From Massalongia carnosa (lineage: Eukaryota): a DNA stretch of 64,000 nt. How positions within the stretch are numbered: position 1 is the first letter of the stretch; each line of letters begins with the position of its first letter. Below, one piece after another: positions 26,096 to 39,681 of this stretch. Below the pieces are notes generated by a model. It had not been told where the DNA came from and made no database searches. It worked only from the letters and a program-made list of their open reading frames with translations. Location of the stretch: assembly GCA_965645245.1 (NCBI GenBank), contig OZ287072.1, positions 1,178,001 to 1,242,000 of the forward strand, written 5' to 3'. A program made the position numbers and the translations under genes.

Positions 26096-26547
26096 GGTAT
26101 CGTTAGGATAACATGAAACCAAAGTGAACTATTTAAAAACAACGGAAGAGAGTATGGATCATAAGTTGTACCAAACTTGTTGTAGTCTCCACATACACGG
26201 GCGAGTGCGTGACTACCTCTCCCCCTAATAAAATTTGCCGAGGCAGGACGTCATTCACGAAACCGAAACGTACGTTGTAAGTTATGTATGGCGAAGATGC
26301 ACTTTTCCATATATGGAATATAGAGCGCCTTATGAATGCCATCATGCTCGAGAAAAGTAACACTAGCTTGTAGACTTGGGGAGAGTCTTGGAATCCTTTC
26401 AATTCAAATCTATTCATCTCTATACCAAAATAAGGTTGTGCCGGAGCCTCCATGTCGCGTTTCTTGCCCTATGCACGTCATAAGTCGCACTCAACTTCAC
26501 TCTACAGAGCAACGATTTAACAGCCCGGACAGGCTCTCCTTGCCATC

Positions 26548-27961
26548 ATGGGTATCAAGCGTATGTCATGCTATTCAATGTATCAGGATGAGGAGTTACT
26601 GAAGACCTCCAGAACTTTTCCAGATCATTAACGAGAATGCGCCTGATGCGGTCAGGACCGGGGAGATCAAGAATCACTTTGGTAGAAAGGTTGCTATAGT
26701 GAGTTGGCAAAGCTATTTTTAAGGAACAATTTCATTCTAACCAATCCCGAGGATGCGTAAGCGGTTTCATTCCAAGGCTTGAAGAAGCTCTAATCAAACT
26801 GATCATATATGTTACAGCTCTATGAGTATCTATAGCTTTCTCATAGCCGTTCGCTCCGATGGCCAGCAACTGATGAATGAGAGTGGCGAGACGACCTCAC
26901 ATCTCATGGGCATGTTTTATCGCACCCTACGTATTGTCGACAATGGCATCAAACCATTGTATGTTTTTGACGGGGCCCCCCCAAAGCTTAAATCAGGCGA
27001 ACTAGCAAAGCGGTTTGCGAGGAAGACAGAAGCCACGGAGGCACACGCAGAGGCAATGGAGACAGGGACTGCGGAGGAAGTTGAGAAATTCTCCAGGCGC
27101 ACTGTCAAAGTCACTAGGGAGCACAATGACGAGTGCAAGAAACTCCTCAAACTGATGGGAGTACCCTATATTGTCGCGCCCACTGAGGCTGAGGCTCAAT
27201 GTGCTGTCCTTGCAAGAGCTGGCAAGGTCTACGCGGCGGCCTCCGAAGACATGGACACGCTCTGTTTTGATTCGCCAATCCTCCTCCGCCATCTCACGTT
27301 TAGTGAGCAGCGTAAAGAGCCCATCCTCGAAATCCATCTCGACCGCGTGCTTGCAGGATTAGCTATGGATAGAGCACAAGTAATTCCTTTAATATTCCTC
27401 ATCGTTCCATAATCCCATTTACTAATGCCCTGTTCCTAGTTCATCGACCTCTGCATCCTTCTCGGCTGCGATTATGTCGACCCAATCCCCAAGATCGGCC
27501 CCCAGAGCGCCTTAAAGCTGATCCGCGACCATGGCACTCTGGAAGCTATCGTTGCGCACATCGAAAAGGACCCTAAGAAGCGCTACACCATCCCCACGGA
27601 TTGGCCATACAAAGATGCACGGGAACTTTTCTTTCATCCTGACGTCCGTGCGCCGGATCACCCGGACTGTGACTTTAAGTGGGAGGCCCCAGACGTCGAA
27701 GGCCTGGTGACGTTCCTCGTGACAGAGAAGGGGTTCAGCGAGGATCGCGTGCGCAGCGCCGCGACGCGGCTCACAAAAAATCTGAAGACGGCGCAGCAAG
27801 CGCGGCTGGAGGGTTTCTTCAAGCCGGTGCAGAAGACGGAGGAGGAGGTTAAGACTTTGAAGCGTAAGAACGAGGCAAAGAAGGAGGAGCAGAAAAAGAA
27901 GGTTAAGCTTGAGCAGAAGGCTAAGAAGGATGCCAAGGCGAAACCGAGGGGTATGACTTGA
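26548..27961 (+). CDS. FEN1: Flap endonuclease 1 (Rad27); 5 exons including a 5-nt micro-exon
   Basis: Spliced [31 protein letters not shown]. Motifs [28 protein letters not shown] and PCNA-binding box QARLEGFF. Confidence 0.97.
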
Positions 27962-28961
27962 GCTATGAGATTTAGCATAGGAAGATATATAGACCCCGAT
28001 TCGGCAAAGGAGGGTTGAGACTATTTGTTTGGACACGGTTTTCAGAGGCGGAATGGGTTTAGCAAGGCGTATCATAGGTGTTGGCTATCGTGGCTAGGTA
28101 CCGGGCTCCGATGATTGCTCTGGCGGCGTTGCTAGGAAGTGGAGAAAGGGGGCTTCACCAGTACCTACTTTATGATCATCTCTTGCTACAAGCAAGCACA
28201 AGTCAGTAGCCAACACTTCTCGACATACGAACTGGGCTCGTTTGACCGAGACCTGGAATAGCGAACTCAGAAGTTTGAGACCTGTCCCTTCGTCCTCTCT
28301 CCCCTCTCTTTCCCCCAAAAAGTCGTATCTGCATATCATTTAGGTATCCAGTTCAATTGTTCGTCCCTTCTGCCCAGAGAAGATAACTGTGCTTCCCCCC
28401 CCCTCTCAAACATCTCTCTTACTTCTTACGTACACTCTTCAGTCCGATCTACTCCATAATATCTATTAGCACAATACAACATCACATTTCTGACAACCCG
28501 GGGAATCTAGCCAGGAAAAAACGGAGAAGACATCCCATCCCGTCCCATCTTTCAAGTTAGAGATGCCAAAGTCGCTAGATAGAAGACGTCCTGATTAACT
28601 GATAGCTAGAGGCTCTTCCTTTCTCTCGGACAGAATTTCCATTCGGTCCATGAGATACGTGGCAAAAGGATAGGTTTTTTTGTTTCTCTTTGAAGCAAGG
28701 ACGAAGGAATGAGAAATCATGGAAACTGTCTGTTGAATTCTCATTTATCATAACATGAGGCTTGAAGTAGGTAAGGGCCTTGACATATAGACTTAACCCT
28801 GCTCCTAGCAAACCATCAAAATATCCCACCAAGCCCGAGCAAACAACCATAAAAAGCACTGAAACCTTCACACTCAAAACCAGATTCCGGAACCCATGTA
28901 GAAAGAAGTGATAAAATACGAACAGAAGTGAGGGTGAGATACGCAGCCTTCTAAACGACAC

Positions 28962-30181
28962 TCATACATACTGTCTCACCTGCTCCTCGCTCCATTCCCA
29001 GAACTTGGCCGCTACACCGGTGCCGCCTTCCGCTTCCGTCTTGATGGAAGCGACGATATCCGCGCGCAGGGCGGGAGCAAATCGACCCCAGGGAAGAACT
29101 ATTTTTTGGAGGGGAAGGAGCTCGTTAGATGGGTTCAGGAAAGATTGAGTAGGGGAAGATGGGGATAGTAGTCGCTTACTCCACGCGCCGTTTTTGGAGG
29201 CGGTGATGTCGGGGGAAATGCCAGCGAATAACTCCGTGTAAGCGCCGTAGATGGGTTCATGGAGTATAAATTGCTGGAAGCAGGGTTAGTTTTTCGGGAT
29301 TATAGGGGGCATGGAGAATGAGAGTAATATTTGGGGAAGAGCGGGAGTGAAGGGGGGTCGAGAAAGCTTACAAGGAAAAAGAGCTGCCATTTCGGGGTGT
29401 GGCGCTGAATGTCGCTTTTCAAGTTTCCGGGGTTCAGGCTCTGGAAGATATCATGTTTAGCGTCGAGACCCGTTTTCAGGTTTCTCGTATAGAGAAGGAT
29501 ACGCACGACACTGATGAGTCCTTCGCTTTGGTGTCGCTTGGCGAACTCGCTGGCGTGAAGGACATTTCCGGCCTTGCTCGCACCGTACTTCATCCAGGCG
29601 TTCCTATCCTTTTTATAGTCTAGGTTACTAAGATCAATGCCCCCCTTTGGCGAATAGACTTCGGCGCCGCTCGACGAGACCCAAACAACACGAACGGTGT
29701 CGGCTGGTGCTGTGCTTGCCGTCTGCGCTAGGATGGGGTGTAGAAGCTTGGTCAAGAGGAAGGGAGCCACATTGTTCGTGCCAAGCTGCTGCTCGTAGCC
29801 CTGCTTTGTCTTACTGCCTTGTGGAGGGACCATGACGCCGGCGTTGTTCCAGAGCACGTCCAGACGATCATTTTCAGCCAAAAAGGTATCGGCGGTGGAT
29901 TTGATGGTCCTCAGATCGTCAAGGTCAAGATGGAGATAAACAAGCTGGCCTATGGAACTGGGGGCGCGGGCTTTGATTCCCTCAATCGCTTTGTTGGCTT
30001 TGGCTTCAGAGCGGGTGGCGATGTATACTTTGGCATTTTTGAGATAGAGGATGTAGGCGAGCTGTTCACCAATGCCTGAGGATGAACCTGTCACAATAAA
30101 CACCTTGCCTGTCTGATCCGCCACATTCCTTTCCGTCAGCTTCGGCGAAGGAGGGAAGAGTTGCGAGTATTGGGCTCCCAT
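28962..30181 (-). CDS. Short-chain dehydrogenase/reductase (retinol-dehydrogenase/WWOX-like); 4 exons
   Basis: IVTGSSSGIG, LWNNAGVM, VSSSG, catalytic YGASK, LNPGNLKSD; C-terminal FWEWSEEQVRQYV*. Confidence 0.92.
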
Positions 30182-31177
30182 CCTGAACAAAAAGATATGA
30201 TAGGCGGGGGAGTTTCGGTGATGAGAATTTGCCGCAAGTTAAACGAAAGCGATATAATTGAAGAAAAAAAGCGTATATATCACTCGATGCTTCATGTTGA
30301 TGGCAATTTTGATGGAAGGTCTTATACCTATATCACTCAATGGAGGATTTCTCCCCCGTACTGTAACTAAAATCCCGAGCGGACTTTGCAGGCATAACTA
30401 ATGCTCCGCACGCATGAATTTAAGCGGAGTTATGTGCCCTTGAGGCTTAATTGATGCCCCGTAATCGAGCACAAATCTCATGGATCGAAGTCATCACCGA
30501 TGAAGGGCGATGGAAGAAAGAATGCGCCCGCGTCTGAAGAGTTGTCCCGATAATTGAAAGTAGGGATCGTTCACGGGGATATGATATGACCGTAGACGGG
30601 GGATAGGAGTGGATACTATCCATGGGCTCGCCCTATACACCGTGGTTTAGAAGATATATGAGACCGGTTGGGCAAGTTTAAGTTCAACTGACAGCGCCAT
30701 CGTATATGACCGACTAGATGGACCAAGTGCAAACCCCAAAGCCCCATCAACGTCATGACACTATCGCATTGTTTATTCTGTAAATTGTTCGTTTTTAACG
30801 CAACTATCCCTAAAAAGCATAAAGAAATGCGCTGTCCAAAGATGATTGACTTTCCATGCTCGATAGAGAGACACTTTCACGACTCTGTCCTTGACCTTAA
30901 AAGAAAAAAAGAAAACAATGCCCAAACACTCGCTTAATTCATTTGCGAGGGGGTCCAGGTGCAGAGTACTCCCAGGCCAAAATCAAATCAAATCACCAAG
31001 CGAGGATTTTGATATAAGTAGCGATTGTCCCCCTCACCCCCCCGCGTCTTCATCTCGGATTCCCATTTGAAAGCTCACTGGATCATTCAATAACAACAAC
31101 TACAGTAAAGTACCTATTTTCAGCACCTCATTGAATTCATCTCAGCTTATTTGTCTAATCATTTACAATCTTAAAGT

Positions 31178-32467
31178 ATGCCTGCAAAGAAAGCCGCCGC
31201 CGCGACGCCGAAGAAGGCCGCTTCGGCTCCAGCTCACGCCTCCTACAAAGGTCGGTCACTGCTGTCTATGTCTTCACCACGTTGTCGCATGCTTTCATAA
31301 GCTGGTGGAACATGGTCGCAAATGTCTACTGACGCGTCACCATAGACATGATTAAAGAAGCTATCCTGACTGTGAGTCGGTAAAATCGCGCGCAATCCTG
31401 TTGTTGCTAGGTGATTACCTACCAACATGCGCCCGTACTCACCACAACATTTTGAGTTTGAAAGAACCTGAAAGCTGACGCGTCATCAACCATATCAGCT
31501 CAAAGAACGTAATGGCAGCAGGTAAGCATTCTGTCCTGCAAACCCTGCGGTCGAGGCCTTGTTTACCTCTCCTGGCGCGTGCTTTTCATCATTCTTTTAC
31601 TAACCTAACGTTTGCAACACAGTCGTCCAGCCATTAAGAAGTATATCTTAGCCAACAACAAATCTACTGCGTCCTCGCCTGCAGTGTTTGATTCCCAGTT
31701 CAACAAAGCACTCCGAACAGGTGTAGAGAAGGGGGACTTTACACAGCCAAAGGGTACGTTCGTCTATTTTAAGCTAGCCTTACCGTCAAACAACATTTCG
31801 TCTTCTCGCCTTCCAATCGTGTTCATTTCAAGCCATGTATATTCCTGCAGTATCCAATTGTTACATTGTGCCTCATTTCTACTAGCCTAACTCTGAGAAA
31901 TACATCCACCTAAGAGTGTCATACTAACCTAACACTCTTACAGGTCCCTCGGGCACTGTGAAGCTTGCAAAGAAAGAGAGCGCTGCCAAGCCTGCCGCTG
32001 CTACTGAGAAAAAGCCTGCCGCTAGCAAGGTACGTTGTTAAACGATATCTCTCATAGCAGATGATTGACATTTTATAGAAGGAGACAACCACCAAGGCCG
32101 CTGCACCTAAGAAACGCGGCGTGCCCAAGAAGACCACGACTACTACCAAGCCTGCTGAGCCAAAGAAGGCCCCAGCTGCCAAGAAAGCCGCTGTGCCTAA
32201 ACCCAAGGCCAATACCGCTAGCAAGCGCAAGACCCCAACACCTGTATGTGAATAGCTGTTGTTGTGTCTTCTGGTTGCTAACTCTAGAAACAGGCCAACG
32301 CCGTCGTAGAGCAAGAGAAGGTTCTCGGCAAGACCAAATCAGGACGCATCACCAAGGGGCCAGCTAAACCAGCTGCACCAGCAAAGAAAGCTGCCCCTAA
32401 AAAGACTGCCCCCGCCCCCAAGAAATCGGCAACGCCAAAGAAGAAGGCAGACGCAGCTGCGGCATAG
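31178..32467 (+). CDS. hhoA: Linker histone H1; 7 exons
   Basis: Spliced [76 protein letters not shown] followed by a Lys/Ala/Pro-rich tail. Confidence 0.95.
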
Positions 32468-33441
32468 AGGTGCTAGTTCTTTTCATTCATTATCATCATC
32501 CTAGTAGGGGTGGCCCAATCGGCCACAGCTGTACGCGGAGTTTTGCGATCTCGGTCGTGCACTTCCCTGTCGTACATAGAACGAGCATGGGCTCGAAGAG
32601 TTCACGGGTGTATTTTGCTTTCGGGGTCAATATCAAGGCGTTCCAACGGTTTCTAGGCGTTACGTTACGAAAGGCCACGGCCACTGTACCATATCAGTGC
32701 TGTGGATAAGGGAAATTGAAACATTTAAATCTTCAACGCTGATGACCCGCTTTGGATATGTGAATCGAACCTAAACTACTTTCTTGTCTGAGCGAAGTAA
32801 CTGTAGATCAAGCTAAGTGTTTTATTTTAGACAAGACGATCGCCAATGTATTGGAGTTTAACGGTTACCCCTTACTAGGCTACTCCCTAGTGGAGAAAGT
32901 GGGATCATCGTGATGAGGTAATCCGAGAAACATCGGCTGGTCGTCGCGTGTTCCCAATTCTACTCCATCTGTCCCAAGGTTTCCAAAAGCCAGGTCTTAC
33001 TAACCCCATAGGGCATAGCCTCGATACAACGGCATCCCAAGAAATTCGGCCCTTCAGCCCTTTCTGTCCCGTCATCTGCACGCTTCTCGCTTCTCTCCTC
33101 TCCTTAAGGCTTGCCCTTTCTGCTCCATAGAAGCTGGAAAATTGTGGGTATAGCCTGGGTTTTGTCGTTGGTCGTTCGTGAAGCGGGGAGCTCTCAAAGC
33201 GACAGTCTCCTCATCCCCATCTTGTCAACGAAAACCTTACCTCTATACGGCCCCCAGGAGCGCAGATCCATTTTTATCTACAGCATGCTTTGAAGTTGTT
33301 CAATCCAGGAGATTTAAAGATCCTGTGGTCGAAGTGATATGCTCTCGCAGGGAGCATCGCTGGTTTCTGGTACGATCGCAATACAGCACTGGTTCGGCGG
33401 TTTTAGCTGACGTGGAGCAATTGTTTGTCAGGTCTTGCGGC

Positions 33442-36267
33442 ATGCCATCTTTCTTTGCAGGCCACGCCACTGAGTCGGTGATGCTCACAACTAGCAATAC
33501 CTCTTCATACAATCCTCCTCACAGAAAATCCCAGGAGAAATCGTCATCTCTCTCTTCAACCCCTGGGGCTTTGATGAATGGGTATAGCATTGATAACTCT
33601 ACCGGAGGCAAGCGTATTATAGACGGTGTCTTTATAAGTGACGCGAATGGCTTGAACCCAAGCCTGCAGTCGCTGCCTAATGGAAGATCAAGCGGCAGCA
33701 CAGACAGCAGGGAGCGAGGGCGGTCAAAAAACGAGAATTTATTTTCAACAGCGAACGGTGGCGGCGGGAATCTTGCGGAGAAGGAAAGGGAAAGCCTCGC
33801 ACCTGTCAATGGCTCCATGAACCATCCAATAGTGGAACAAGCGATTCTTCCGATGTCAGGAAATGGGGAGGTCGCTGTCACGGCTGGTCCTAGAAAATTA
33901 GAAATTGGCCCGCCAGCTGCTATCAACCACCATTTTGCTCATACAAGGGCACACTCTTCTTCTGCACCACAAAGTCCTATTTCACCATGCAACTCCTTAA
34001 GCCTTTTGGATGCCCACCCAACCCCGATGGACATTAATCAAGCAGCGTTACCCATAAACAGATTCTCTTCTCCTTCAAATTTTTCAGCTACTACTACTAT
34101 ACCTGTTACCTCATCCACAGCATCATTACCTGCTGGTCCTGCGCGATTGCAGCATCGCCACACGTTGCAAGTGCCAAGACTTTCCACGGGCAGCAGTTCT
34201 CGGGATTTCTCCTTGCCAGCAACCAACATGTCAAATGATGCCATTGGTGACGCAGGTCGATCTCCGGTCAGTCATGGTATAGGGCGATTCTCCACAACCT
34301 TAGGGAGGCGGCCTACGCAGTCAATCCATTCGGATCATTATGGGGATGAGGTACCACCTGATCACGACATGGCTCGACGGTCAGAAACTACTCGCCATAA
34401 AAGGGTAAGCCGAAGGCATAGGAAAGAGGAAGAGGAGGATGACAGAGTTGTGGTAGGAACTAAAGTAGATATGAACCACGTGAATTGGGTCACATCATAC
34501 AACATGTTGACTGGCATACGATTTACAGTGTCACGGACCAACGCCAAGATTGATCGCGATTTGACTGATGACGACTTTGACACAAGAAACAAGTTCTCGT
34601 TTGATATGTGAGTGCCCCTTTGAAATCTTGCTGTGGGTGTGGATCTAACATAGAATGCGTGAAGCACTGGCAACGAGTTAACGCCATCAGCCAAGTATGA
34701 CTTCAAATTTAAAGATTACGCACCTTGGGTTTTCCGCCATCTGAGAGCGCGATTTAACCTTGATCCGGCTGATTATTTGATGTCCCTGACAAGCAAGTAC
34801 ATACTTTCAGAACTTGGCTCCCCAGGCAAGAGTGGAAGCTTCTTCTATTTCTCCCGAGATTACAAGTACATCATCAAGACTATCCATCACGCAGAACACA
34901 AACTGCTGAGAAGGATATTGCGGGAATACTACGCGCATATTGAGAAGAACCCCAACACGCTAATCTCCCAATTCTATGGCCTTCATCGAGTTAAAATACC
35001 TTACGGCAGGAAGATTCACTTCGTCGTAATGAATAACCTGTTCCCTCCACATAGAGACATACATCAGACCTTTGACCTCAAGGGCTCAACGATAGGAAGA
35101 GACTTCAAGGAAGAAGATCTGGAGAAAAATCCAAGAGCAACTCTCAAGGATTTGAATTGGCTACGGAGGAATTATCATTTCGAGTTCGGGCACCCGAAGA
35201 GGGACATATTCATTGAGCAAATGAAGCGAGATGTTGCTCTCCTGCAAAAGCTAAAGATCATGGATTATTCCCTTCTGGTAGGCATTCATGACATGAGTAA
35301 AGGAAATGAGGAAAACCTACGGGACAAGACTTTACAGGTATTTCAACCCGGCGGGGAACACCATGAAGAACCTCAACCCAACGCGCTCCTCCGGACACCT
35401 TCGAAAGTCGAGAATGCACGAAAAGCAAAAGAGCTACGACAGATCATCAAGCGCGAAAAGCCGGTACCGATGGAAAAGAGTACAAATATGCTACCGGATG
35501 AGATGTTGGAGGAGCGGAAGAATTCCATCTTTTACAGCGATGATGGCGGTTTCAGAGCGACCCACGAGAATGGGGAACCAGGTGAAGAGATATATTACCT
35601 GGGCATAATCGACTGCCTGACACATGTATGTTATAGTCGCACTAGCGCCATTGGAAATACTTATTTTTTTTAGTACGGTTTCATCAAGAGAGCCGAACAT
35701 CTATGGAAGAGTCTAGGTAGTGATAAAACTCAAATATCGCCGATTCCACCAGAAGGCTATGGCGAGCGTTTTGTCAAGTTCATCACTGGCCTCACAATGA
35801 CGAAAGAAGAGGCTGAGCGTGAAACTAGAAGCGGTGACCAACGCGATGGGTCAGTTCTTACAAATATGCAGTTCGCAAGAGCATCGACCGATAAAGTTAT
35901 CAACAAAGCGGAACAAAAAGTTCTCAGGATAGAGAAGGAAGGTGCCTCCGAGGATTCAACTCCCGATAGGACATTGAGCGCTTTGCGCGCCGGATCCGTC
36001 GATAGAACCAGTGGAGCTCCAGGCGCCACCCTGCCTGTCGTGGAGGAGGATGGAGAAGCGACAAGCAAGGAAAGCAGTGTGCACAACGAAAAAAACACGG
36101 ACGGTGCTCAAGGGAGTGCTAGGGCTCCACGCGCCTTCGGAGATCAACCCCTTCTTACACTTCCAAAAGATTCCACGCCCAGGGACAAAAAAATCCCATC
36201 AACTCCTTATACATCGCGTTTCAGCATGACTGAATCATCACAGCCCGACCAGCGACTGCATGGCTAA
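33442..36267 (+). CDS. MSS4: Phosphatidylinositol-4-phosphate 5-kinase (Mss4/Its3); 3 exons
   Basis: HVNWVTSYNMLTGIR, FKFKDYAPWVFRHLR, SPGKSGSFFYFSRD, DLKGS, MDYSLL and YLGIIDCLT. Start taken as ATG 33442 (MPSFFAG). Confidence 0.95.
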
Positions 36268-37319
36268 CGGGTAGAACAGCACGTTCACGGTACGGTACCG
36301 CCAAGGTCTCATTTTGTTTTTAGCCCCATTTAGTGCTCTTTCGTTCTTAAAGATACCCATATACTCAAAATGTAAGAACTGCATAACGGATTCCTTTTCC
36401 CGCCCACACGGTTTGTGTATTGGAAGGGGTTCAGGGGTAGGTGGTATAGAGATGATAACGTGCTTCCGTCAAGGCTTGCATTTTTTGGGGTGGCTGTTCA
36501 AAATAGTTTTACACTATTTATAGTTGAGCGACTTCTTTGTGCCTCTCACTTCTTGAGTCTGTGTATGACATGCAGTGACCCAACACTATCAAATTGGAGG
36601 GTTTGGGAGTTGAAGAAACTGATGGCAGCAACTTTACGGCTCACTCTTTGCCTTTCTACCTCCGAGCATAACCCGGAGAAGGGATTAGCAATCTTTTACA
36701 TATGGAGTGTTAGGAAAGAGTGAAAAACATATATCAGCGGTCTAGTGTTGATGGTGATTCAATGACCCTCGCATTTTCCAGGTTTGTTTACTAGCAAAAT
36801 ATTGCCAACTATAAATGTGAATGGTGAATAGTCAGTTGATGTTTCGCGTGACGCACACATACGTTTAAAGATCCTCACTTGTAATTCTCTCAAACGGCCT
36901 GAAATTATTTAAATTTGATGATCGAAGTAATTCAACTTCACGATATGTAATTCCATATAATCTTTTATCCATTCTGACTCATGCATGACAGCACAGCGTC
37001 AGTGCCGTACGGGTGTGTCAGCGATGAATCCGCTCGCCATTGAGTATCTATCGCCTCATGAATCGTGGCTTGGATGCCAACCATGCGACGTAAAGGGTTC
37101 TGAGTGCCATTTAAGCATGATGATCGGAGAAGAAGACGTATTGTGTACGTAGCATTTCACTCCCAAGATTAGGCTACAAGCCAGCTTGCCAGGTTTTCTC
37201 CAGGCATCCGCAATTGATGCTGGCTGTGTTCCAGTTGGTCCCTGGACCTTGATTTGTACCATGGGATACTATATAATTGCTGGTCAATAGCTCGGTTCTA
37301 TCATCTATGATTCAATATC

Positions 37320-39179
37320 ATGGCATCCACAGTGGAAGCAAAATCGTTATCTGAAGTTTTGACACTTGCAGATAACCCGCCGCTCAGTTTACACGACGGT
37401 GCTGCGCAAGATATTAAGAAACAGCTAGTCCTTTATATAGCCCGAGTCCCTGGAAGCAAAGGCTAGTTCTCCCTCTTTCACATCTATATTCTATGCTACA
37501 AGAGACTGATACCTTGCGTAGATGTATTCCTTACGACTATGAAGCCTCTGAATAAAGTCGTAACAGCGTCCGATGTTCAAAGCTGCCTTTACTACGTACA
37601 CGCAAATAGCCTCGATGACGAGAAGTTCCGAGAAGCTCTATTAACTGAAGCAAATCAACACAATAGATTTGGAGATTCCGAAACAGAGAGGATGCTGCAA
37701 ATCGTGAATGGTGTTCAGAGGAAGCCTGTAGGCAAGAAACCAGACCCAGGCCTTCTAAGACCGCAAGAGCTCCCTCAAAGCTCAGAACCCTTTCATCACT
37801 CATCCGCACAGAGCCAGACACGTAGTTTTCAGCTTGAAAGAAAACCTGTTGGTGATGGAGCGATACCGGCGCCAAGCACCAGTATGAACTCTACTACAAG
37901 GGTTTCCGCTTTACACCTCCATGGCCCTCGGCCAATGAATGCGCATCTCCAATCTACGGAGAGGCCCAGGAGACGGAACTTTGATATGAGAAAGTGGCCT
38001 GAAAACCCCTCAGAGAGAAATTTGAAATCACCACAAAGCCCGAGTTATAGGCCCGAGCAAGAATCCCTACGTCCTCCTCCCCAGCCTAACGAGTTTATTC
38101 CTGAAAGACCAGAGAGCCAGGCTCGGAGGATCTGTCATCAATATGGAGATGAGCACCTCAGGCGAGTGTACGACCCACAAGAGGGCGTTGGAAATCAGAA
38201 CTCTCGGGACATGTCCCTCACTCTCATCCGACGATACGACAACTTGCAATGGAACGTTGGCAAGATATGGAGAGCATTCAGAGTATCGAGCTTGGAAAAC
38301 ACAATTGACACTGACTATGGACGTCCGCTTGAGGAATCATTAGAAGGAACATCAATTGAGATCTTGACCCCTGGCTATGTCAAGTTTACCGGTCAAAAAG
38401 ATCTAAGTGATGACAAGAATTGTTCTTACGCAATTCAAAAGTTAGATCAAGCCTCTCAAGCAGAACAACCGGGGCTTCAGAACCATGATCTTCAACACAT
38501 AACTTTTAAACGGAACCTTTGGGCAGCCAATCACAAAAAAGCTCAAATGCAGTATCGAAGAGCAGAATCAAGCGAGTCAACCCTGAGTAACCAAGGGTTC
38601 AGATCGAAGTTCAAGGTTCAAAGGCCCCGCCAGGAAAGTGCAAGAGACGAGCAAGCCAAAAGGAATTCTTCTGAGGGGTCTTCTTCCGACAAATCTATAG
38701 ATGCTACAGGTTACATGTTTCAGAGTCCATGGGATGGTGTTTGCAAATTTCACACAGGGGTTGCAGGGCGATCGTTGAAGTGCAAGCATACGTTGTTTCC
38801 CAAAGAAGGTCACCTAAAAGCACAATCCCAATCGACTCTAATCAGCGAACTCAGATTCAACTTACCTAGCTCCAGAAGCATTGGAGGTTCGCCTCGCAAA
38901 TCTAAATCTCAGGATGGCCAATCTGACGGATCGAAGCGGTCGTCCTTATCGGCGCATCATCATCGCCAGCGTCCGTCCTTTGGTTCCGCTAAAGAGCATT
39001 TCCTTTCTGAAGATAGATTAGATTTATCTCTTGGACAAGAACACGCTGGAGGTGGGTTTGGAGGGAAGCAAGCTAAGCTGGGTAAGTTGATTGTGGAACA
39101 TGAGGGCTTGAAAATGTTGGATCTTGTTGTCGCTGCTAATATAGGGCTTTGGTGGCGAGTGTATGAGAAGCATGTTTGA
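37320..39179 (+). CDS. Conserved Pezizomycotina hypothetical protein (often labelled oxidoreductase-like); 2 exons with a GC-AG intron
   Basis: Exon 1 ends LVLYIARVPGSK; exon 2 starts DVFLTTMKP..SCLYYVH. Later motifs LTLIRR..QWNVGKI, GYMFQSPWDGVCKF..GRSLKCKH, SELRFNLP and LSLGQEHAGGGFGGKQAKLGKLIV. Start codon uncertain. Confidence 0.8.
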
Positions 39180-39681
39180 CTATGCGGGCGCAAGCAGGAA
39201 ATTCATGAAATAGATTGGGGAGACAGGACACGTTATGAAGATCTGTTCGCCGATTCAAGAGAGGGTCCCGCCAATCATTCTTATGACAACCAGATGTCCT
39301 CTATTTCGTCACTCCTACCATTTGGTCGTATCAAAACACTTACCATGTACTATATACCATTTTCTTTTTTTTGCAATTGAAATTTTCTCAATATAGATGC
39401 CACATTAACACCAATGCAGCAATGTGAATTCGGGCACAAGTGGACTGCCAATAAGAGGCCGCCACATCCTTAGCCAACAGCATGCGTTCATATTTTGGGC
39501 CACAATGAGCGAGATTTTCACTCTCCCATGCAGAAGAGCCATTCATTACGTGGAGCAGCCGCCGTGTCTATGCGCTCAATGCCTCTCTTAACCACAACAC
39601 TTTTCAACACTCAGCAATCGCCGACCTCTACGATCACCCTCATTTCCATCAGAAGTCCAAAACCCAAAGCTTGCTACCAAC

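Noticed and set aside
33178..33441. 88-codon stop-free frame upstream of the Mss4 ATG (possible non-AUG extension)
   Set aside because: No recognisable protein features, and short out-of-frame uORFs are present; compatible with a chance open 5' UTR.
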